Below, one piece after another: positions 1-8,834 of a stretch of 59,207 nucleotides of DNA (positions within the stretch are counted from its first letter, which is position 1; the number at the start of each line of letters is the position of its first letter). The stretch spans positions 1 to 59,207 of the forward strand of contig LUZE01000164.1 of NCBI GenBank assembly GCA_001602845.1, given 5' to 3'. Position numbers and translations under genes: made by a program. Origin of the DNA: Bacteroidales bacterium Bact_13. Its GTDB lineage: Bacteria; Bacteroidota; Bacteroidia; Bacteroidales; UBA932. The notes beneath the pieces were generated by a model that saw only the letters and a program-made list of their open reading frames with translations, searched no databases and was not told the DNA's origin.

Positions 1-768
1 GCCGCCCGAAGGAACAGCCCAGGACGGGCCGTATTTACGCTCAAGTACTACGGTAGGACGTGTTTCGCAACCGGCAGCCATCTCTTTCAGGGCTTTGTAG
101 TGACGTTCCGTTTCTGCGAAAAGGCGTTCCGCTTCCGCCCGCTTTCCCAACAGCAGGCCGTAGAACAGCACCCATTCCGTGCGCCCCAGCGGATGGCTCT
201 CCATATAATCGGCCGCTTCCACAATCGGAACACCCAGTTTTTCGGCAGCGCCGTAACCGCTGTTCTCGAAGGGCGATGCGATGATCATCTCGGTGCCGAT
301 ATCGATGATTTTCTCCACGTTGGGCGAGGTGGAAACGCCCAGGTCGGCGATGCGGCCATCCGTAATGCGACCCAGCACTTCCGGCGAAGTGATGTACTCG
401 GGCTCGCAGATACCGCAGACCTGGTCGAGGGCGCCGAGCTGTTCGGCGATGGCCGTATGGACCGAGGTGTAGATGACGGCTTTCCCGACGGGGACGGGGA
501 TGACGATGCCGTCGGCGGGCAGATGGTCCGGGCGGCGTTTGTCGCGGTCGACAAGCACATAGTGCTGCCGCTGGCGGAGGGTGTCCCACGGATCGCGGAT
601 GCGGACGGAAACGTAATCATCGAAATACTCGATGCGAAGGTTGCGGGCGAAACGGACCGTGTCGGCGGAAAGGGCCCCGGAAGAAGAGACGTCCTGCCGC
701 TTTCCGCAGCCGGAAAACGCCAGCAGCACAAGGGCCAGCATCGTACACAGGATCGTCCGGGACGTCAT
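1..768 (-). CDS. ABC-type cobalamin/Fe-siderophore substrate-binding lipoprotein (BtuF-like); C-terminus runs off the window
   Basis: Absent from the ORF track because it is open at the window edge. My reverse-strand translation from ATG 768 reads MTSRTILCTMLALVLLAFSGCGKRQD (lipobox AFSGC), then ...VPVGKAVIYTSVHTAIAEQLGALDQVCGI...EKIIDIGTEMIIASPFENSG...HPLGRTEWVLFYGLL, which is typical of periplasmic-binding-protein family solute receptors. Its ATG overlaps the upstream stop as ATGA (765-768). It is the last visible gene of the riboswitch-led operon. Confidence 0.75.
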   Translation of the reverse strand, partial: MTSRTILCTMLALVLLAFSGCGKRQDVSSSGALSADTVRFARNLRIEYFDDYVSVRIRDPWDTLRQRQHYVLVDRDKRRPDHLPADGIVIPVPVGKAVIYTSVHTAIAEQLGALDQVCGICEPEYITSPEVLGRITDGRIADLGVSTSPNVEKIIDIGTEMIIASPFENSGYGAAEKLGVPIVEAADYMESHPLGRTEWVLFYGLLLGKRAEAERLFAETERHYKALKEMAAGCETRPTVVLERKYGPSWAVPSGG

Positions 769-1913
769 CGCAGTCGCTGGTTGGTAAATACGATGCGGGA
801 CGGGATGTCGCCCGTGTTGGCGCTCCATTTCAGCCGGCCTTCCGGCGAGTAGCAATACACCTTGCCCGGCGTGATATAATCGCGGGCATCCGTCACGAAG
901 ATCTCATGGGTATTGGGGTTGACGGCGATGCCGTAGGGGTTCTGGAACTGTGCGTCCGTCCCGTCCGTGATGAAGCGGCGGGTGACGACGCGGTGCGTCT
1001 TCACGTCGACAATAGCATAGTTTACGTCGGAAGTCTGGGTGAAGTAACTCCAGTCGTTGCTGTAGACGTAGAGCGAGTCGCCGCACAGGGTCATGTCGGT
1101 GCAGGCGAGGAGCTCCATGCATTCGATGACCTCATCAAACTGGGTGTCAATGATGTAGGTCATGGATGGGATGTCGTAGTAGTCGCCGCGGCTGGACACC
1201 CAGATCTTGCCGTAAGCGTCGAGTTCCATGCGGTGGAGGTTGGGCGCCACTTCGATCTTCTTGATTTCCTTGAAAGAGTCCAGATCGATCACTGAGACGG
1301 TATAGTCGTAGTCAGGCACGCGGTAGCCGCCCGAATTGGCAACGTAGAGCTTGCCGTTGGCGATGACCATCTCCTCGGGCTGATAGCCCACCACGCAGGT
1401 GTCCTTCACCTGCAGGGATGTAGTGTCGATCCGCGCCACATAACCGAGCCGGTAATTGGGGTCGATTTCCACGGGGCCCGCATAAGAGCTCACGTAGGCA
1501 TATCCCTCATGGAAGACGATGTAGCGGCAGTTCGGAACCGACACCTGGCCGATGTGCTGGGCCGTATTTTTGTCCATCACCTCCACGAGGTTAGAGCAGT
1601 TTACCACCGCCCAGAGCTTGCTGCCATAGATGGCCAGGTCGTTCCCTACGTCGCCCAACTCCTGGACGACGCCGGGATTGCGTTCCGCGTAGATGTTTTT
1701 CCTGTAAATGCCGCTGGCGTAGTCGTAGTAGTCGAGCGTGCATTTGTTGCTGCCCATGTTTCCCTCGTTGAGCAGGAAGAAACCCGCGATTTCGCCGGCG
1801 TCTTCGCTGCCGACGGGAGTTTCCGTCGACGGAATAATCTCTTCGGGCTCCCGGCAGGCGTTCAGGGCGACTGCAACCAGAAAAGTGACTAAAATGAATC
1901 GAATCGTTTTCAT
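765..1913 (-). CDS. beta-propeller surface lipoprotein, BtuG-like (YncE/YVTN-type repeats)
   Basis: ORF 765..1970. The likely start is ATG 1913 (MKTIRFILVTFLVAVALNAC, lipobox), just after the receptor stop at 1916. Blade-like segments recur (LYVANSGG, IAVNPNTHEIFVTDA, IWVSSRGD). A lipoprotein propeller directly downstream of a B12-regulated TonB receptor matches the Bacteroides btuB-btuG arrangement. Confidence 0.7.
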   Translation of the reverse strand: MKTIRFILVTFLVAVALNACREPEEIIPSTETPVGSEDAGEIAGFFLLNEGNMGSNKCTLDYYDYASGIYRKNIYAERNPGVVQELGDVGNDLAIYGSKLWAVVNCSNLVEVMDKNTAQHIGQVSVPNCRYIVFHEGYAYVSSYAGPVEIDPNYRLGYVARIDTTSLQVKDTCVVGYQPEEMVIANGKLYVANSGGYRVPDYDYTVSVIDLDSFKEIKKIEVAPNLHRMELDAYGKIWVSSRGDYYDIPSMTYIIDTQFDEVIECMELLACTDMTLCGDSLYVYSNDWSYFTQTSDVNYAIVDVKTHRVVTRRFITDGTDAQFQNPYGIAVNPNTHEIFVTDARDYITPGKVYCYSPEGRLKWSANTGDIPSRIVFTNQRLR

Positions 1914-1915
1914 GG

Positions 1916-3883
1916 TCATAGAATCCACGACAAAATTAATCGAAAATTCGTTCCCGGCATCGGATAGCATTGCACAACTTCGTATTGCTGGTTGAAAATG
2001 TTGTTGACTTCGAGCGTTCCTTTCAGCTGGTGGGCGCCCAGCGCAAAGGCGCGCGAGAGCGAAAGGTCGCTGGTATACCAGGGTTGGGCGTGGTTCTCCG
2101 GGATGTTGGCCACAGCCTCGTACCGCTCTCCGGTGTAGATGAAACTGTAGTTGAGGTGCCAGCCCTTCCAGTCGATGCCCGTGATGACGGAGCCGCTGTG
2201 CCAGGGGATGTAGGGAATCTGGCCGCCGTACCAGGGACTGGACGGATCGGTGAAATCCTGTGCCTTCTGGAACGTGTAGGTAATCCTGACGTTGGCAGAG
2301 ACCGGCCCCAGTGCCAGCTGCGTGCCGGCGGCAGCGTCAATGCCGCGGATCTGCACGAGTCCCAGGTTGACCATCGTCCATTGGAACTGGTTGGAGGCGG
2401 GCATGGCGATGATCTTGTTCTCCACTTCATTATAATAGGCATCGAACGTACAGTCGATATTCCGCAGGAACCCTTTTGTCCAGCTCTTTTCCCAGGTCGC
2501 CCCCACGTCGTACTGGGTGGTGAACTCGGGTTTGAGGTATTTGTTGCCGATGAAGGTGTAGTACAGGTCGTTGAGCGTGGGCATGCGGAAAATGCGTTTG
2601 TAAAAGGCCCGGATCGTGAAATTCTTGTCGCGGAAGGGAATCAGCTGCAGCACGGCTGTAGGGGTCCAGTGGTGCCGGCTTTCCGCAGCGGCGCCCGCTT
2701 CCCGGGCCCGGTCGGCCACGAACGTATGGAGCACGCTTCCCTGCAATTTGAGCTTTTCCCAGCGGAGCGAGGTGGACAGGGCTGTCAGCACGGTGTGCCG
2801 TGAAGGGTAGACGAAGTTCACCAGGTCGGCGTCGAGCGTGTTGAACTGGTAATCCGCGGCCAGGTCGACATCCCACCACCCGTTGATCTTGTATTCCTGG
2901 GCCAGCGAGGCATAGGCCTCCTGCTGCCGGTAGTGGTTGTCGACGTACATCGTGCTCACGTCGAGCCGCGGGTCGGAGAGATAGTGCAGGTAATCGTAGG
3001 CGTACTTGAAGCTGGCGTTGAGGTGCCAGTCGCCCCATTCCTTGTAGAGGGAGCCCTGGGCGAAGAAGTCCGTGTCCCACTGCCGGTCTTCGTGCCGGAA
3101 CTTGCCCGGTTCCTCGCGCACGAAGGCGCCGGGATACCCGCGTTCCGAGTCGTAGAAATAGAGTTTCATCTTCCAGCTGCCGTCCGGGATCCGGCCATGC
3201 AAGCCTTCCTCTATGCGCAAGGCCCGTACGTCGCCGTTCTGCCGTACGGCCGTCGTGTCGTAGCCGTCCTTTTTCCGGTAAGAGAACTTGTAGCGTCCCG
3301 TGGTATAGAGATATTCGGCGTTGAAGGAGTTTGAGACGCGTTCGCCGAGTCGCTGTTCCCATAGCACCGAGGGGTTGACGGTGCCGAAGGATCCGCCGGC
3401 AAGTGTGGCCTTGAAATTGGTCCTCCGGCCGCCCTGAAAGACCGGCGTGCGGCTTCGGAGATAGACGGCGCTGGCCGAGGCATAATCCTTGGCCGACTGC
3501 ACGGCCGTTCCTTTCTGACCGTTGTAAAGCGTCACGGACTCCATGTTCTCAAGCGAATACTTGCCCAGGTCGATCTGCCCGTTCTGGGCATTGCCGAGCT
3601 GGATGCCGTCGTAGAAAACACCCACGTGCTGGGTGCCCATGCTGCGCACGTTGATGGTCTTCAGGCCGCCGATGCCGCCGTAATCCTTGATCTGGACGCC
3701 CGAGAAGTAGCGGATGGCGTCGGCAACCGAGAGGGCGTTCAGCCGCTGGAGCTGCTCTCCCTGGAGCGCCTGTGCCGGAATGATCTTGTCGGGCGGCCGG
3801 AAGGCGGTCACCACCGAGCCCGTCAGGACTTCCGTCGTGTCGGGCACCGAAAGCAGCAGTGTCAGTAGCAGCGAGAGGATCAT
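1916..3883 (-). CDS. btuB: TonB-dependent outer-membrane receptor, cobalamin-type by context
   Basis: 655 aa. Plug-domain sequence LNALSVADAIRYFSGVQIKDYGGIGGLKTINVRSMG...VFYDGIQLGNAQNGQIDL, followed by a long beta-barrel region. The ATG overlaps the upstream stop as ATGA (3880-3883). It lies in an operon headed by a cobalamin riboswitch. Confidence 0.85.
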   Translation of the reverse strand: MILSLLLTLLLSVPDTTEVLTGSVVTAFRPPDKIIPAQALQGEQLQRLNALSVADAIRYFSGVQIKDYGGIGGLKTINVRSMGTQHVGVFYDGIQLGNAQNGQIDLGKYSLENMESVTLYNGQKGTAVQSAKDYASASAVYLRSRTPVFQGGRRTNFKATLAGGSFGTVNPSVLWEQRLGERVSNSFNAEYLYTTGRYKFSYRKKDGYDTTAVRQNGDVRALRIEEGLHGRIPDGSWKMKLYFYDSERGYPGAFVREEPGKFRHEDRQWDTDFFAQGSLYKEWGDWHLNASFKYAYDYLHYLSDPRLDVSTMYVDNHYRQQEAYASLAQEYKINGWWDVDLAADYQFNTLDADLVNFVYPSRHTVLTALSTSLRWEKLKLQGSVLHTFVADRAREAGAAAESRHHWTPTAVLQLIPFRDKNFTIRAFYKRIFRMPTLNDLYYTFIGNKYLKPEFTTQYDVGATWEKSWTKGFLRNIDCTFDAYYNEVENKIIAMPASNQFQWTMVNLGLVQIRGIDAAAGTQLALGPVSANVRITYTFQKAQDFTDPSSPWYGGQIPYIPWHSGSVITGIDWKGWHLNYSFIYTGERYEAVANIPENHAQPWYTSDLSLSRAFALGAHQLKGTLEVNNIFNQQYEVVQCYPMPGTNFRLILSWIL

Positions 3884-5367
3884 TTGACGAGATTATAGTC
3901 CAGCACGTCCACCACTTCGGTGGACACCTCGCCGAGCCAGCCGCTCTTGGTGTTGAGGCCGGTCTGGACTTTCACGAAGTCGATGTATTGCAGGTTGGCG
4001 GGCTTCCCGTCAAAGGTAACGGCATCCGAGATGCGGAAATGATTACAGCTGTCGCCATCACCCGTCTTCCCGCCGGGGAACATGTCGGTCTCGCTGTAGT
4101 TGTCGGCATATCCCCAGCCGTAGTCGGGATTGATCCAAAGGACGCCCCGGCCGGACTGGTCGTAGTTCCGTGCCTCAAGCCGGGTCCCGCGCAATGTGTA
4201 TCGCGGTTCCTTCACCCAGAGAGGGTAGTAATAATCCTGGGTGTGGAATGCGGCCAGATAGTCCACGGAGCCGCTGCCACCCAGGTTGTCGGTCCAGGCG
4301 ACAGGCTGTCCCGGCGCATCGGGCCGGTAGTAAGTCACGGCATAATCCTGCGCGGTGCAGTCCAATCCGTATTCCGAGCCCTTCAGTTCATACCAGGTGT
4401 CGTCGGGCAGGCCGTTGCCGTCCTCATCCTGCATCACCCATACGATGCCGGGTTCTGAATAGTTCGTGTAGAGGGAGTTGCGGATGGCCAGGTTGTAGCC
4501 GCCGTCGTTGGCCACACTGTGGTCGAAGCCCACCACGATGAATCCGCCGAATCCGCCGAGGGAGACGTATTTATCGTCCTTGATCCGGGCAATCGCGTAT
4601 TTGCAGGCCTCGTCCATCGTCGTGGCGGTGTAGTTCTCATTGACATACTGTCCCGGGGCGGGCATAAATGCAAGCACCTTGTCGCAGTGTGCCGAGCTGT
4701 TGGCGGAAGCCGCGCGGCGATACGTGCCTTCCGCCGGACAGACCAGGACGGTCAGCGTCGTGTCGGCAGATGAGCCGTCGTCGCCGGTCAGGGTGAATTC
4801 GACCGAATATCGTCCCTGCGACCGGGCTTCGAAGCGATAAAGCGGATCGTCTCCCTGCTGGACGGACGTTCCGTCGATGTGCCAGGAGAAAACGTAATGA
4901 CGGGTCGTGTCGAGGTCGAACGGCAGCAGCCGGATGGTACGCCCCAACGCGACATGATACTCCGTCTGGTCAAAGACGAAAAGAGGATTGTCGGGTTCGG
5001 GCGGTTGCGGCACGGGCGGCTGCGGGGCTTGTTGCCATACGTTGACGCGGACCTCCAGGAAGGCCTGCCCATAGGGATTGACAGCCTCGACCGTGATGTA
5101 GTAGACCCCCGTTTCGGAGGGAGTGAAAGTAAAGGACGGTCCGGTCCCGACCACCGCGCCGTTGCTGAGCCAGCGGACGGTGGACAGGTCGTCCAGAAAC
5201 GCAAAACCCGGAGAGAGTACGAGGCTCTCTCCGAGTTCGAGGGAATAGATGATGCCGTCGGGCAGCGTGATGACAGGAGCCTGTCCTTCTTCTTCCAGCT
5301 CCTGGGGGCATCCCGTCGCTGCGAAGAGCGACAATGCCAGGAGGATGAATAATGATACCCGACGCAT
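3880..5367 (-). CDS. surface lipoprotein of unknown function (N-terminal Ig/PKD-like repeats plus a globular C-terminal domain)
   Basis: 495 aa. Signal and lipobox MRRVSLFILLALSLFAATGC. There are two roughly 90-aa segments with an Ig-like pattern (VYYITVEAVNPYG..; RYSVEFTLTGDDGSS), then a Trp/Tyr/Gly-rich domain. Function is inferred only from its position in the B12 operon. Confidence 0.7.
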   Translation of the reverse strand: MRRVSLFILLALSLFAATGCPQELEEEGQAPVITLPDGIIYSLELGESLVLSPGFAFLDDLSTVRWLSNGAVVGTGPSFTFTPSETGVYYITVEAVNPYGQAFLEVRVNVWQQAPQPPVPQPPEPDNPLFVFDQTEYHVALGRTIRLLPFDLDTTRHYVFSWHIDGTSVQQGDDPLYRFEARSQGRYSVEFTLTGDDGSSADTTLTVLVCPAEGTYRRAASANSSAHCDKVLAFMPAPGQYVNENYTATTMDEACKYAIARIKDDKYVSLGGFGGFIVVGFDHSVANDGGYNLAIRNSLYTNYSEPGIVWVMQDEDGNGLPDDTWYELKGSEYGLDCTAQDYAVTYYRPDAPGQPVAWTDNLGGSGSVDYLAAFHTQDYYYPLWVKEPRYTLRGTRLEARNYDQSGRGVLWINPDYGWGYADNYSETDMFPGGKTGDGDSCNHFRISDAVTFDGKPANLQYIDFVKVQTGLNTKSGWLGEVSTEVVDVLDYNLVK

Positions 5368-5375
5368 GGGAAGGA

Positions 5376-6497
5376 TTAATCGGGATAATAGCGCACGGCT
5401 ACGTCGTCAATGGCGAAGTAGGCAGGCGTGTTGATGCCCCAGTCGCCATATTGCTCCGGAGAACCGGCGACGGAGAAAACCACCTTATCGACGGAGCCCA
5501 GCCTGGAAAGATCCCATTTCGACCACTCGGTGGTGAAGGAGATGTTCTTGGCCAGGAAATACTCGGCCGTTCCGACCGCTTCGTTGCCTACATAGCCCGT
5601 TGCGATCACCTTGAAGAAGCCGTTCTCGGCCATGGGTGCTGCATAGTCGTTGCCGTTGCGCAGGACGTTGAGCGTGTAGCAGGTGTTGTTGACGCAGACC
5701 GACTCGAAGACGCGGGCGACGCCGTCCTTCATGGCCAGGGTGGCGGGATTGTAGACACCTGCATCGAAGACGACGGCGAAATTGTCGGAGCCGCCGCAAC
5801 CGGCGCCCTTGCGGGTGAGGCCGTCTACATCCATGGCGACCACTTCGAGCTGGCGCATGAAGTCGGCGCCGGCGATCATGCCGTTGCCGTAGTTGGAGAT
5901 GGCGATGCCGCCGCTGGAATAGCCGTAGGTGTAGGCCTCGTAATTCTGAGGAAGGATGCTGGAGGTGATGAACGTGTTGTTTTCGTCATACCAGGTGCAG
6001 CCGTCCGCGCTATAGAGGATCGGTCCGCCGTATTCCGGATCGTCAATCAGGTTGCTCCAGTAGTTCGTCGTTTCGGCGGCGCCCTTGTAATCGGCGTCTT
6101 CAAAGGTCAGGACGCGGATCTCGCTGTAACGCGGAAGGATGACGGTCGTGCCATCCGAGAAAGTGAAAGTATAGGTATCTTCCCCTTTGGTGACACTGAC
6201 GATGGATCCGTCCTTGCCGTCATTACCGGGTTTGCCGTCGGCACCGTTGTGGATGGTTATCGCACCGCTTTTCTTGAAGTTGATGGTGTAACTGCCGTCG
6301 GCATGCGGAGTGACGCCCGTCACGGCGTCATCATTCTGAAGGGAACTGACCAGGGTTTGCAGTTGCGAGAGCTGGGTCTTGAGGTCATTGATGGAGGAAC
6401 GAAGTTCGCTGTCGTCGTAGCAGCTGATGGCCAGGGAACCGGCCAAAATGATGGAAAGGGCGAGTCCGCAGACTCTCCTGAAGTTCATGGAGAACAT
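5376..6497 (-). CDS. surface lipoprotein of unknown function (possibly DUF4465-like)
   Basis: ORF 5376..6521. Alternative starts lie at 6521, 6497 and 6488. MNFRRVCGLALSIILAGSLAISC gives a classical lipobox. The protein has a coiled N-terminal stretch and then a beta-rich domain. It is the first gene after the riboswitch. Confidence 0.65.
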   Translation of the reverse strand: MFSMNFRRVCGLALSIILAGSLAISCYDDSELRSSINDLKTQLSQLQTLVSSLQNDDAVTGVTPHADGSYTINFKKSGAITIHNGADGKPGNDGKDGSIVSVTKGEDTYTFTFSDGTTVILPRYSEIRVLTFEDADYKGAAETTNYWSNLIDDPEYGGPILYSADGCTWYDENNTFITSSILPQNYEAYTYGYSSGGIAISNYGNGMIAGADFMRQLEVVAMDVDGLTRKGAGCGGSDNFAVVFDAGVYNPATLAMKDGVARVFESVCVNNTCYTLNVLRNGNDYAAPMAENGFFKVIATGYVGNEAVGTAEYFLAKNISFTTEWSKWDLSRLGSVDKVVFSVAGSPEQYGDWGINTPAYFAIDDVAVRYYPD

Positions 6498-6539
6498 ATC
6501 TGAGTGATTTAAGTTGGTCACGACACCTGTTTTTGCTGC

Positions 6540-6715
6540 CCGGATTCCCGCAGGCAGACGTTAAACAATCGTGACGGGCAGGTCTTCTGACTCGTTCCAG
6601 TGCGGCGCCTTCCCGGGGCTGGCCCAGTGGCAAAAAGAGAGCTGCGACAAAACAGGAACTTACAGCAGCGGGATCTGTCCGGGATTCGCACCCGGTTCCC
6701 TTAACCCGTCACGAC
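6540..6715 (-). promoter_or_regulatory. cobalamin (B12) riboswitch
   Basis: The minus strand reads GTGACGGGTTAAGGGAACCGGGTGCGAATCCCGGACAGATCCCGCTGCTGTAAG...TTTTTGCCACTGGGCCAGCCCCGGGAAGGCGCCGCAC...CCCGTCAC. This contains the AGGGAA / GGTG..AATCC / CCCGC.GCTGTAA core, the GCCACTG B12 box, GGGAAGGC, and a closing P1 helix GTGACGGG/CCCGTCAC (6705-6712 with 6571-6578). Confidence 0.85.
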
Positions 6716-6776
6716 ACAAAGATAGGATGTTCTCGTTAAAATAGCAAGCAAAAACAGCCGTAAACGCGGGGCACCG

Positions 6777-8834
6777 TTAGCCGATGGTGGCGCCGTTGGC
6801 GAGGCGTTCTTCGGGGGTGACGATGCGCATGGTGCCGTCGATCTGCTTGGCCATGAGGATCATGCCCTTGCTCTCGATGCCGCGGATGGTGCGCGGCTGC
6901 AGGTTGGCCAGGATGCAGATCTGCTTGCCGACCATCTCTTCGGGCGTATAGAACTGCGCGATGCCGCTGACGATGACCCGCTGGTCGAGTCCCGTGTCGA
7001 TGGTGAGTTTCAACAGCTTGTCCGTCTTGGGGACACGTTCGGCTGCCAGGACGGTCGCCGTGCGGATGTCCATCTTGCCGAACTCGTCGAACGTGCAGGG
7101 TTCCTTTGCCGGTTCTACCTTCGGGGCGGCAGCTTCCGCTTCGGCTGCAGCAGCGGCAAGGCGTGCCGCCTTGATGTCTTCCAGCCGCTTGATCTGCTTG
7201 TCGATCTCCGCGTCCTCGATTTTCGAGAACAGCAGCTCCGCGGGATTCAGCTGATGGCCGACGGGAAGCAGCTCGGCGTTGCCCAGTGCGTCCCAGCCCA
7301 GCGGCGTGATGTTCAGGATCCGGTTGAGTTTCTCCACGGAGAAAGGCAGGAACGGCGCGAACGCGATGGAAAGTGATGCGCAGAGCTGGAGCGACGTGTT
7401 GAGGATCGTGGCCGTCCGCTGCAGGTCAGTCTTGGCGACGGCCCACGGCTCGGTGTCGGAGATGTACTTGTTGCCCAGGCGGGCCAGGTTCATCGCTGTC
7501 TTGAGCGCTTCGCGGAACTTGAAGGTCTCGAGATTGTCCTCGATCTCGCGGCGCAGCTGCGGAATCTGCGCGAGCACCTCGCGGTCGATGTCCAGCAGCG
7601 TGCCGGCTTCCGGCACGGAGCCTCCGAAATACTTGTGTGTCAGCACCACGGCCCGGTTGACGAAATTGCCGAAGATGGCCACCAGCTCGCTGTTGTGACG
7701 GGTCTGGAAGTCTTTCCAGGTGAAGTCGTTGTCCTTGGTCTCGGGTGCGTTGGCCGTCAGCACGTAGCGGAGCGTGTCCTGCTTGCCCGGGAAGTCCTGC
7801 AGATATTCGTGGAGCCAGACGGCCCAGTTCTTCGAGGTCGAGATCTTGTCGCCTTCCAGGTTGAGGAATTCGTTGGCCGGCACGTTTTCGGGCAGGATGA
7901 AGCCGTCGCCGTAGGCCTTGAGCATCGACGGAAAGACGATGCAGTGGAACACGATGTTGTCCTTGCCGATGAAATGGATCATCCGCGTGTCCTCGCTCTT
8001 CCACCATTTCTCCCAGCTGTCGGGCAGCAGTTCAATGGTATTGGAGATGTAGCCGATCGGGGCGTCGAACCAGACGTAGAGCACTTTCCCTTCCGCGCCT
8101 TCCACGGGAACGGGAACGCCCCAGTCAAGGTCGCGGCTCACGGCACGGGGCTGCAGGCCGCCGTCGAGCCAGCTCTTGCACTGGCCGTACACATTGGTCT
8201 TCCATTCCTTGTGCCCGTCGAGAATCCATTCGCGGAGCCACGGTTCGTACTGGTCAAGGGGCAGGTACCAGTGCTTGGTCATCTTCTTGACCGGCTGGGC
8301 GCCGCTCACCTTGGAGTGCGGGTTGATGAGTTCTTCCGGGCTCAGCGTCGAGCCGCATTTCTCGCACTGGTCGCCATAGGCGTCGGGGTTGCCGCATTTT
8401 GGGCAGGTTCCCACGATGTACCGGTCTGCGAGGAACACCTTGGCTTCCGGATCGTAGAACTGCTCGCTCTCCTTCTCGATGAACTTGCCTTCATCGTACA
8501 GTTTGCGGAAGAATTCTGCGGCGTACTTGTGGTGCGTGGCCGAAGTCGTCCGGGAGTAGATGTCGAAGGTGATGCCGAAATCGGAGAAAGACTGTTTGAT
8601 GAGTGCGTGGTACTTGTCGACAATATCCTGGGGGGAACATCCCTCCTTGCGGGCTGCGATCGTAATCGGCACGCCGTGCTCGTCGGAACCGCACACGAAG
8701 AGCGTCTCGCGTCCGCGCATTCGCAGGTAGCGGACATAGATGTCGGCAGGGACATAGACGCCGGCTAGGTGGCCGATGTGGACGGGACCGTTGGCATAAG
8801 GCAACGCGCAGGTGATGAGATTCCTTTTTTTCAT
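6777..8834 (-). CDS. metG: methionine--tRNA ligase
   Basis: 685 aa. HIGH region [14 protein letters not shown], zinc knuckles CPKCG...CEKCG, and a C-terminal EMAP/Trbp111-like tRNA-binding domain. ATGA overlap with the dnaG stop (8831-8834). Confidence 0.95.
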   Translation of the reverse strand: MKKRNLITCALPYANGPVHIGHLAGVYVPADIYVRYLRMRGRETLFVCGSDEHGVPITIAARKEGCSPQDIVDKYHALIKQSFSDFGITFDIYSRTTSATHHKYAAEFFRKLYDEGKFIEKESEQFYDPEAKVFLADRYIVGTCPKCGNPDAYGDQCEKCGSTLSPEELINPHSKVSGAQPVKKMTKHWYLPLDQYEPWLREWILDGHKEWKTNVYGQCKSWLDGGLQPRAVSRDLDWGVPVPVEGAEGKVLYVWFDAPIGYISNTIELLPDSWEKWWKSEDTRMIHFIGKDNIVFHCIVFPSMLKAYGDGFILPENVPANEFLNLEGDKISTSKNWAVWLHEYLQDFPGKQDTLRYVLTANAPETKDNDFTWKDFQTRHNSELVAIFGNFVNRAVVLTHKYFGGSVPEAGTLLDIDREVLAQIPQLRREIEDNLETFKFREALKTAMNLARLGNKYISDTEPWAVAKTDLQRTATILNTSLQLCASLSIAFAPFLPFSVEKLNRILNITPLGWDALGNAELLPVGHQLNPAELLFSKIEDAEIDKQIKRLEDIKAARLAAAAAEAEAAAPKVEPAKEPCTFDEFGKMDIRTATVLAAERVPKTDKLLKLTIDTGLDQRVIVSGIAQFYTPEEMVGKQICILANLQPRTIRGIESKGMILMAKQIDGTMRIVTPEERLANGATIG

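Noticed and set aside
41-852. Track ORFs 41..589 (-), 100..852 (+) and 285..731 (-)
   Set aside because: The real gene here is the third minus-strand frame (1..768). It translates to a lipoprotein of the periplasmic-binding-protein family and is missing from the track only because it has no stop codon inside the window. The listed ORFs are Arg/Pro/Ser-rich out-of-frame or antisense products.
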